Positions 36,235 to 48,200 of a stretch of DNA of 62,405 nucleotides are shown here, piece after piece. Made by a program: the position numbers and the translations under genes. The notes below the pieces were generated by a model that was not told the DNA's origin, did no database searches, and was given only the letters and a program-made list of their open reading frames with translations. The stretch's first letter is position 1; each line of letters begins with the position of its first letter. The DNA comes from a virus (Duplodnaviria; Caudoviricetes), in the IMG/VR virus record IMGVR_UViG_3300012665_000357, positions 1 through 62,405 of that record; one strand, written 5' to 3'.

Positions 36235-39200
36235 TCAATATTTATTAGTAGCTGGCTGGTTCTTTAAAAACATTGCTATGTTATTTTCAGAACCTGCTAG
36301 ACTCTTACCTGTATCGTTCCATACCTTTCCTATTTTCTTAACAACCGTGATTTTAATTCCCGGTTCAATTAATACAGTAGGATCAATTGTGATAGTGTTA
36401 GACGAAGAATCAACTTCAAACTGTGCAAGATGCTCAACATCGCCTTCTGGACTATACGGTGCAACACTCACGTTGTGCATAAAATATGCTTCTTTTTTTA
36501 GTCTATAGCCACCTACAAACACTTCAACGTCGTTGATACCGGGCGCATAATTCAAAGAAAATGTAGTACTACTTCCGTCATAGATAAACGTTTCTGACAC
36601 ATATTCGTCTTTATAAGGAATAGTCTCAGTTACTCCGATATCAGTTACAAATTTTCCAACAATGTGTACTGTTGGAATACCAGTGCCTAACGTTCCCCTG
36701 CGAAGTTGTCTTAATACATTACCATCTTTTTGCAAGTATTCGATACGTTCTCCGTTGATCTCAACAACTCCGGGAATATTTCTGCTAATATTTGGTTCTG
36801 TAAAGACACTGCCGTCATGCACTGAGATTTCAGTATCATTCCAATTTAAGTTAGATGTTAACACAGATTGTTTGTCTTTGTTTAATCTCTTATAGTGTAC
36901 TCTGTTTAATATATCTTTAAACTGCATATAAGAAATCCCAGGCAATGTAATATCACTGCTGAAGGCGTATATTTGAACTACATCCGTGCTTAACAAAGTG
37001 TCATACAATTTAACAGTTTTAAAATCGTCCATTAGGGAATACTCAAAACTATGACGCAACAACTGACCGTTTTTAATTACCCAAACATAGCTATCAGCGA
37101 TAACTGATTTTTCTAGTTTTATAAATCCACCTTTTTTCTTTGTGAATCTATAGTAATCAACAGTTCCGGGTGTAAGAGTAACAGCAGGAGTAAATGTATC
37201 TTTTGTTCTTTGAATTGCTAATACATTATGATTATAGAAACTTGTTATTTCAAACTCAGTATTGGCAGGATACAATGTGTTAAATGTAATTAAATTACTA
37301 GAAATTGTAAAATCTGATCCTGTTACTACAGAGATACATAGTGCGGCTCCAGCAACATATACATCTTCTGAAATTGTTACAGAAATAACACTCATATCTA
37401 GTGTGTAGTCTGCTCCTGAATTTAAAAGTTCGCCGTTAACAAACACTCTAATATCTGCAGAATCAACTATAAACGGAGCAAACTTATGTTGCGGTAAGTC
37501 ATATGTGTATTCGTTATCTGTTAGTGTATAATATTCAGAATTAACGCTTTTAAGAATTGTTTGTCCTTGTCTAACAATAACACTAGAGCCTAACGGTAAG
37601 TTAACTCCTACTGTATTAGCCAACGAATATGTATAACTTGATCCGTCAGTAATAACTGTTTCTGTACGAACAATACTAGTAGTTTGATCTTCAGTTAAGG
37701 AACTAGTTAAGATATAATTAATAACTTGACTGTCAGTTGGCGGAGTAGTAAATCTAATACCGGCATGTCCTTTGTAAGCATACGAGTCATCTGTTTCAAA
37801 TATCTCATAGATTGCAATCCCAGGATCAACTGTATTTTCCCCAAGTGATGCTTGAATACCGTTTACTAATACAATGCTGTTTAGTGTATCTACATATCTA
37901 GCATTTGTTATAAACTCAAGAGTATTGTTATCTCCAACAAAGTAGTCAAGGTCTAGCACATCAGTTCCGTTGAATCCAAAACTAATAACACTTACTAGTC
38001 CTGTTGGTGCAACATTTAATTCGACTTCCATTTGCTGCCAGTTAATCGAGTAATCTATATCTAATTTCTTTATTTGATTGCCCACTCTAACAATGACCGC
38101 TTGTCTACTGTTTGGATATTGTCCGATATCAAACGTAGTAATAGCACCGTCTCCTAAATAATTTCTATAAATTATTTTAGCACTTCCATTTGTAGGAGCA
38201 CTAAAAACTTTAATTGCTAGAGTATCTTGTACTTGGCCAGGAACTACTTCTTCAGGAGCATGGCTATTGGCTGCGGTTATTAGCCCATCACCGTCTAATA
38301 TAATGTCGTCAGCTGCTAACCCTGTTGCAGTAGTGTAGCCTAAATTCCCGCCTGTTAGAGATGTATCAAGTTCAGATCCACTTGGAACAAAGCTGCCGTC
38401 ACTAGTTGACTTTCTAAAGATAACTTTGTCTCTTTCTAAAATTATAATACGAGCACTAGGCAAAGTAATAGAATTTGCAGTGCCATTACCTACAAATGTA
38501 TTCATCACAGTGTTATCAGGAGCAATAACTCTGCCGTTGGGTTGAATTGTTGACCCGTCGTAGTCGTCGTAATACGGATCGTCTACACGCACTCCAGGGA
38601 GATATTTGTTAGATCCTTCATCAAATCTTGAAACGTAGATGTTAATTTCTTGATTTATAGCAGGTGCATATCCTAACGAGAATGTGTATTGACCATTAAA
38701 CGCAATAATAATTGTGTCATCAAACAACGGGTCAAAGCTATCCCAGTTGTCAGTAAACCAAGGTAAACTATCCCATCCCCCGTTAATTCCAAATCCTAGA
38801 CCAGTAACACTTACACCACCGTAGTCGACTCCTAACATTAGTTGGGAGAAGTCTTTTCCTAGTTGTCCAGTAGTTGGAGCATAATAGTGCTGTATTCTAT
38901 CAGTTGCTGACAGGTGATCAAAGTTTTTAGTATACGTTACACTAATTATTTCGCCCACTGCAGGTGCTGTTGCAAATGTTATAGATCCAGAATAACTAGT
39001 AAATCCTTTAGTTGTTGATGTTTTTACAATTAATGCAAAATCGTCTTTTAATACGTCCTGGCCGCCAACTGTGACTACTGGCGTGTTAGTTTTAACATCG
39101 GGACTGAACTTTAAAGGAAACTGTGATCTAGATCCTGTTCCAACTAACACTGAGTTAGTTGTGTTATCTTCTGTTATCTCTAAATCAACTATGCTGTAAG

Positions 39201-42200
39201 TTTTAGACAGACGATCAAATCTCATTCCAATTTTAGTTGAACGTACTACTTCACTTTCAATAATCGCCACTGCTGAGGCTGCAATTCCAGATTCACTTAA
39301 TCCACCGTCTAATCGAATAGTTGGAGCTTTTAAATATCCAGTTCCGGCATTAACTATTAAAATTCTGTTAACTCTTCCTGACGACACATAAGCAAATGCT
39401 TCAGCACCGCTACCAAAGCCGCCTTCAAATATTACCCTAGGATTAGAAATATAGCCAGATCCGCCGTTGGCGATTTCAATTGAGGAGATTTTAAATCCTA
39501 CATGGTCAAACCAGTGTTTCCAAGGATATGATAATACTGCACCAGTATTAGCAGTTATATTTCCAGATTCGTCTACAATAACTTTAATTGTTTCTAGTTT
39601 TCCAGCAATGACTGCAGTTTGTAAATCAAAATCTGTTACAGAAGATTGAGAATAATCAATGCTATTATATGTACTAACGTACTCTCTTATTTTAGTTCTA
39701 TAAGGTTTTACTTCGTTAATATAATCTTCAAAATTTTCTAAGTTATCGTTATTATATGTAACTTTTTGTGTCAATGCACCAACATTGTGTTTAGCTTTTA
39801 CAAAACTGGTTTTCATAATCCAGTCAACAAATGTTTGTTCATGCAAGACATATCGCAAGCTAATAAAGAATAATTTAATATATTCTAAACGAAGATTATC
39901 TATAAAGATGCTATTCTTTAATGCTTCTAAAATATAACGCAACTCTACAGATGCAGTGTTATCATACACATCGCCGTCAAATTGCGGGCCATCATAACCT
40001 AAAGTACTTGAAATAAAATTATATAGTGTTGATGCAAATTGAATTGTTCCATTTTGTCTGCCAATAACTTTATAATTTACCGTGTAATCAATAGTATCAA
40101 CATTGGCAATTTTTTCTAATAGCAACCAGCCGCCTGTTCCTACTGACAATACTTTTACTGTCTCGCCTATACTTGCTTCAAGTACTGCAATTTGATATGT
40201 TCCACTTACTAGATGATCTATCTTAGTAAATTGATTATACCCGTTTGCATACCAATCAATGTAATTCCAAAACTTGGTTACATCATATGCTTGATTTTTT
40301 GTTCTTGTCCAATTAAATTTGTTAGCATTCCATTCATATATGCTCCACTTGTTTAGTGCTTCGGAGTCAGCAGCAACTAATACAGAATATGATCTAATAG
40401 CAAATGTAGTATCTTCTAAATAACCTTCACCACTGTTTATAATTTGAACACCTGTAACTTTACCTTGAGTGTTAATTACAGTTTTAACTACGGCATTTTT
40501 TCCGCTGCCAGTAACAGAAATGTAAGGTGCATTTTTATAACCTAAACCTTGATTTAAGATTGTTGCGCCGATAATTCTACCGTCAATAATAACCGGAGAC
40601 AATATTGCTGTTGTTAATCCTGATGTTCCTATAAATCTCAGCTCTGAATCTGTATCTATTTTAGAATCATATAGACCTTTAATTTCAGAAGGAGTTGGTT
40701 CTAATGTAAGCAGTGTTGACAAATCAAAGTCATCTGTAATTAAATTAGTTTTAAGAACTCCGTTTGCATGATCTATGATCTGTTTAAGAGCTTCAAACCT
40801 GTTAACAAACATTCCCTGACGAGGTCTAGATTCGATACCGTATCTATTTTTAACTGGTAAAAGAATATCCGGCACTACTCTATTGTTAACATCTTTCCCT
40901 ACTAAGCTATCGACCCATTTATTTTCAAGTTCGTAAGGTATAACAGCAGTATCTGTTTCGCTGATAATTTTCCAATGCGTATGTGCATTGAGTTCTTTAT
41001 TATTAACTATCCAATATTGTACAGTTAGTACAACATCTCTATCTTTTAATAGTTGTTCAACATTGTATAAACTAAAACTATTGCTACTAGTAAATGCAAT
41101 AAACTGATACCCTTCAGTTTTAGGATTTGAAATTAAATCAGCAACATCCATTGAGCTAATAACTCTTCCTGCTACATTAGGAATTATAGTTTTATTCTTT
41201 ACCCAAAAGTAATAGGTATTTTTAAAAGTCTGAGTAATGCTGTCGTATCGACGTTTAATGCTATATGCATTATCTCCGTACTTACTCAAGCCGCTAATTC
41301 CTTGTACTAACCCAGCTTCAGTGTCTGCTAGTTTATCCCAAGCACTAGGTAATATTTTAGATTCTACCCATTCGTAAACATCAATACTAGAAGTATCATA
41401 TAACGAATTCCAATTGGTATTTCTGTAAACTACATCACTACTGTTACTCTCAACAAACTTAGCTCTTGTTAGATCCCACCATAGTTGGCCAACGCTTTCA
41501 GCAGTCCAGTCCATCCCTGTATCAACTACTACGTCAGTGTCAGTGCCTTTGATACTATAAACAGCCGGGTCGTAATACGTTTTGTATTTTAATTCTTGAT
41601 CAGCTACGCCGGGAATCTTTCCCTGAATTGGGTCTACAATATCTAAGTATGTTATTAATTTAGATGTAGTTTTATCATACAAAAATGCTTTTTTAATTTT
41701 GTCAACATTAACTTTATTAATTTCAGTATGATCTTGTGTCCAGCTAAATGTGTTTTTCTTTTTAGTGTAACTAAACACTATGCCTGATTGATTTGCCAAA
41801 TACGAGCTGTTAGGTGCACTGGTGACAACAATATTCTTACCAACGCTAAGTGTTGCAGAATATCCTGCAGCAGTAGAACCGTCATGCTCTAACGATTCTG
41901 CATATATGTAATTTTCATTGTATCTATCAAATATGTCAATTCTTCCTGAATTAATAGTAATGTCATTTAATCTTAGTAATCTATTATCAAATGTAGTTGC
42001 CGTCTCATCAAATGTAGTTTTTAAGGAACTATCACCGTTAACACTAGATACTACTAGTGTTCGAGAATCATTCATAAATTTAACTTGATGTCCAAATTTT
42101 TCGCCTTGTTCTTTGGATATACTAGTAATAACTTGGTGCTCATTAAACACGTTATTAGTATTTTTAAATATAACAACTTTGCCTTGGTCGCCATTGTCTA

Positions 42201-45200
42201 CATCAGCAAGTGTTGTTCCCACCGCAAGATGCGCACCATCTGAAGAAATGTCAACGCTTTCTCCAAATTTTTCACCTACGTTAACAGATGCTAAATTTGC
42301 AGACAGTGTATTTGTTAGGTCGTAGCTATCACCGTCATAGTTATAAACAAATACCTTTCCTGTAGACCTTTCTAAATTATCCGATAGTAAAGTCCAGTTA
42401 GCTGGATTGAATGCGCCAGGCGGAACAATGTCTAATAGTAAATTATACTTGTAATAGCCAGTGGCATAAAACACAACATCATTTATATCATATTCAAATG
42501 AGGTATTGTAAATTCCTTTGTAATTATTGTAATTTAATTGGTCTGCATTTGGGGCGGCCACAACAATGTATGTGCCGTCTGACGATAATGCAATGTCGTG
42601 TCCAAACAGATCGCCTTGGAGTATTGTTTCTACATTATCGTTTCTAGTAAATTCAGAATATAATGTTGTTGCATCCGATGTAATTTGTTTAGGAAAATAT
42701 CCTAAAATATTTTTATCAGAAATGACTTCCCAGTCTGAACTACCAAATGCACCAGGTGCCTGTGTGCCAACTGCCTTGTAAAGTTCGTAATTATAAAATA
42801 CAATATCATTTGCGTAATACTGAATTAACGAGTTAAAAATTCCTCGATAATTTCTATCATAGTCCATGCGCCACTCAGTAGCAGTATCAACAATAGTATA
42901 TCTATAAAGATAAACTCTACCCTGATTAGAATTGTAACCAGGACTAGAAATAGCCATTATATATTCGCTACCAGATTTTGCTATTTCAACAACTGAACCA
43001 AATTGCTCATTACTGACAGGTTCGGGACTTACAAAAAATGCAACAGGACTGTACTGTAATGTATCATCTCTTTCGTATAAACATATCATACCTTGAGAAG
43101 ACGGGCCAGTAGTGCCAATTGTTGTAGCAGATATTAAATTAGCTGGTTGCCAATCTAAACTAAATTGATCAATTGTTGAGTCAGACGACACTGCATCCCT
43201 AACTGCTTGCCAATGTGTATTATTAATCTTTACAATACTGTTGATAGCATAAGTTGTACTAGGAACAAAATCACCTTCGTACAGTGTTTTAACACCTGAG
43301 GCCATCGGAGCACTAATTGCTAACCATCTTTCGTCTGCAGAGAATGATAAGCATGCACCAAAGCTATCATTTAAGTCAGTGGCTAATCCGGTTGGTGCAG
43401 AAATTTCTTGTCTAAAACCCCAAACAGATTCTGCTGCTTCTTTTAGATATATGCCGACTGTATCTGCTGATGTTTTCACAGCTAGTGTTTTACCGGTATT
43501 TGCCACAGCAACAGCTTTTCCAAAATTCTGATTAGCAGTCGGTAACAACTGTGTAACCACAGTTGAGTTGTATACCGGAGAATTTTTCCATATAGCCCAT
43601 TTGCCTTGACCATTGTTGTCAGTCCAAATTAACTCATTTACCTTTAGGTCTGTAGTAATAACATTATTTGCATTGTCAATAGAATCTAATCGAACTGGTG
43701 TAAATTTAAATGTTAAAATTTGACTGCTATCTTCAAATGCACTCCATTGTAATTTTGGAATAGTTATATTAATATCAGCTAGACGTACACTAGAAATTGT
43801 ATGGAATCCTTGAATATTTGCAGCATTAACTATTCCAATAATACTGCCAGCAATTAGATCTGCATCAGGAATTCTGTCAAAGTTAATTGTTAGTTTACCA
43901 GACGTAGTATTATAATCAACTGAATGCACCTTTGCAGTAGTTCTACTAAATCGATAAACATTCCATGAACGACCTTCGAACGCTGTCCACACATAGTCGC
44001 CGTCTTTAAATGTAAGAATATCTTTTGTTGTTATTTCAGAAAGAACATCAACATGTTCTAATACATCAGAATACCTTACATAACCAGGAGTTCTTAAAAA
44101 ACTATTGTTATTAGCAACAACAGGCCATGGACTGTTATTATAGTCTGCAGGTTTAATATAAACATCTGATGGCGATTGTCTGATTACAAAATCTACAATA
44201 GATTGATCAACAGTTTGTACTAACTCATAAGGTTGCGGATTAACTTTAAATTTAGTTTGATCTAAAATAATTTCAATTTCTTCAAAAGAATCACTTGCAC
44301 CATACTCGCCTACTCGCAATGCCCATTCTTCATTAAATGTTAAACTTTCTTGATTGTCTGCACTTAGTACATCGAATAATTTGTTAAGTACGTTTTGTGT
44401 GCCTTTTTCTTGAATCATTCCTTGATAAAATTTATATTCACTAACTTCATCTTTAATAATATTTTCAAGATACTGACGCTTTTGATATCCGATCAAATGT
44501 TGTGCAAATTTTTGTTGCTGCACGTCAAAGTTATCAGTATCTAAATCGTAAAAGTCTCTAAACTGTTCTGTTTTATAATCTAAATTAGGAAGCAGTTTAG
44601 ATGTAGGTTTTTCTTTTAGCATTATCCAGTCTTCTGCTTTAAAGACATCTATGCCAGGAAGGAATGACTTTGCTGAGTAGTAAAACTCTTTATGTTTTAC
44701 AACATCGCCTAGTGCATAATCCGTCCACGCAGACCATTGACTAACCGTAGCGGCATCAAACACAAATCCTGGAATATCAAATCCCCCGTTCCAGTTTTGT
44801 GTGATAAATCCAGCAATTTTAATTCGTTCTTGTCTATAGCCTGTTTCGGGATCATATATTGTATCGTTGAACAATGTTGAATTATCGATCACAACAACGT
44901 GTTCTTTTTGTATTAGATAAAACGTTGCACCGTAAATACCGTGATTTGTATTTTTAGATCTAACACTAAACAAAGAATCTTCTCTAGCAATACTAGTAAA
45001 TTCCGGTTCTAATTTTTGACCGTCTTCTCTAAATAAATTGTAGCCATAAAATAAATCTTTTATGTCGTTAACTGTGGCTAGATTAAGTGCTAAAGAAAGA
45101 GAATACGCACTGGGGCTCAGTGCAATTATTGAACCTAGTTTCCAATTTTGTGTAGTCCAGAATAAAAACTCATTAATAGTAGTTTCCCAATTGTATACTA

Positions 45201-48200
45201 CACCCTGTGTATTGTTAAAGTCCTCAAAGGTAAATCCTTGATCTTTAAGATACTCACCGTACCCTTGTATAAACTCAACAACTTCTTGCGCAGTTGCTAG
45301 TGTTTTTCCGTAAGGTAATGTCAAAACATTTCGACGATTCCACCCTTTTCTTAACTCAACAGTACGGCCGCCAGTAACTGGAAGCTCTGGTAACTTAGCA
45401 AATTTATTAACATCAAAAGAATTTATAGATGTATGAGAAACAGTTGTTCGGAAATATTGATTTAAATTTTTGACTATAGATCCTACTACATAATTTTTAT
45501 TAGGTTGCCATAGAGTAAAAGAATCACTAACTCCACCAACTGTGATAACTCTATCAGTTAGTTGATAGTCATAGTAATTAAAATACGGCTCATCTAGATT
45601 GTAGCCTTTAATCTCAAACCCAATATCTACCTTTGTTATTAATAGTCCACTATAAGATAATTTTTTAATAGGAGATGAGGTGTTTAAAACTATGTTGTAA
45701 TTTTCTTCTGGGACATATACACTCCCGGCTGCTGTGGGAGATTTTGAATCTAACAATAATTTAAATTTAGCCTTTGAAGTAAATCCACCGAGACGATTGA
45801 TTAAATTATTAGTTAAAGAAGTTAAATCAGTTTGATACTCGTCATGTAATGTTGTAGTATCTGTAGTAAGGAAATCAATAATGTAATTAACTAACCCGCT
45901 AGTAAAAATTCTAGCTGTACTTGAAGAGTTAGAAGGCAATACAATATCAGATAATTTTAATCTTAAATTTGTATCTTTATAAACAGTCTGATTATTGTTA
46001 TTTTTTATAATTCGACTTCTATCAAAACAAGTTCCTAATATTTTATTAGGAGACATTAATAATAAAGTTTTAATAACTGCAAACGGATAAAGACTAGAAC
46101 GTCTCCACGCAGCTTCAACTGGTCCAGAGTCGCCAAATACAAAATCTTTTTTAACGTCTGATCCAATTAATCCCCTTGCTAGATTAGCTTCGAGCGGACT
46201 TAATAATTTTCCGTCTCCGTCTACAGGCACAAAAGTTTTTAAGAAAGGTCTAACAAACTTAGTATTTCTAACTATAGGTTTTCCGGGTTCTCTAATAATG
46301 CCGTCTGCTAGGTCTTCCCATAATAGTAAGTTATCACTAGTGTACGGTGCTGTGCCGTAGACGGTTTCCCACCAAGTTGGTTTAATAGTGTACCCGAGCA
46401 TTTCCCAAGGAGTAATATGTGGGCGGTCTGTATCTAACAACCATGTGTATACGCCTCTCCAGTATCCGGGCACTTCTGTACCGTCCGGAGCTTGTTGTCC
46501 AATATAGTTGTAAGTAAAATAATTTGTACTGTCAAAATTTATACCTTTTGTATAATCTTGAGTCAGCTGATTTGCCCAATAAAAGAATGATGAAGATAGT
46601 ATCTTATCAAACTCTTGTTTAGAGTAATCTGTTGTTCTGTTATTTCCAGGAATGTGATCAAAAATATCAAATACATTAGAAGTATAGTTAATTTTGATAT
46701 TGTTAAAAATACGTTTTTCAAGTTCTAATAATAACTCGTCTCGATAATCACCGTAGGCAACAACGATGCTGCCATCGTGGCCTTGAATTACATTAGTTGG
46801 CTCAATAAATGTGTCATCTAAATACATCGTAGGAGGAAACTTGGGCCATAGTCCTAATTTAGTAGGTGTAGACGGAATAAAACATCCGTCAGTTGACTCA
46901 TATTCGTATACTTCAATTAAGTCGCCCACACTCAATGTTGCTGATATATCAACAAATCCCTCTTGATTGAATGTGTAATCAATGCCGTGTGATAACTGAA
47001 TACCGTTAAGATATACATTAACTGATTTATTGCTTAACGTGCTCATATCGAACACGTTAGTGATAGGATATGTAGAAATCCTTGAATCTAACACTGTATA
47101 TTCAATTTTATTTGCAGCCTTATATCCTACCATATCTGACAAATAGTAAGGAAATGTAGAAGAATTATTTTGATTAATTAAAGATAATACGTAATCAACG
47201 TGTCGCTTAGTATCAGTGTCTATTCCAGAATTTTCTGCTACTTGTAAGAAGTAACGTTTAAATGTTGCGTAATCTTCTCTAGCACTATCAATTGATTTAA
47301 TTATATTTGCAGTTTGGCCAGTAATATGATATAGACTCATATTCAACGGGCCGCTATGTTGAACAAACTTTGTACCGTATTGAGAAATTGGTCCTACATC
47401 TCTTAAATTACTTTGCCCGGGAAATGCTCCTGAAAAAGAATTTAGATTATCAATGATTGAATCAACATGATCAATAACTTGGCCTAATGTAAAAGAATCA
47501 ATATCATTGTTTAAAGGATTGTTTTGTAAGTTAACAGGAATTTCATAATAGCCGTTATTGTTTTTTTCTTGTTTAGAAAAACACTTTAGTGTTACTACAT
47601 CAGTTAGTAACACATCAATAGTTAAGACAACCATCTTATATGTCAAAGTAGTAACAACATTAAATTTAGATTTTTCTAATCGTTTACCGTTAATGTAAAC
47701 ACGAACTTCCAAGTCGTCTAGTAACAATACGTTATCATACACGTCTATTGGAAAATTGTTAACTAGATTAGAATTTTTATAGATTCTAACAATAGGTTGG
47801 TAGTACGCACTGTTGTTTGTTATCCAACCGTTAGTGTACGATATAAAATTATACCCTTGACTCTTTTTTAAGAACCCGGTATTTGTTGTTTTTGTTAAGA
47901 CATTTTCTAAATTCTTGTACGAGAAAGAATCTTTTAATAAGTTAAATTCAAAAACTATATCACCAATGTTGCTGATATTTTTATACGACAATGCAAACCC
48001 TAACTCAGCATCTGCAGTGCTAGTTCCTCTTTTGTAGGAGAAGATCTTGTTACCAGTAAAGGTAGATCCGTCGTAAGTACCTGTATTAGAAAAACTTATA
48101 TTGTTATCATCAAACAGATCAAACAACGGGTCTTGATTAACACTAGTTTTAGACTGAGCAGCTTTCCAAGAATTTGCAGCCTCGTCAAACCAGAACATTG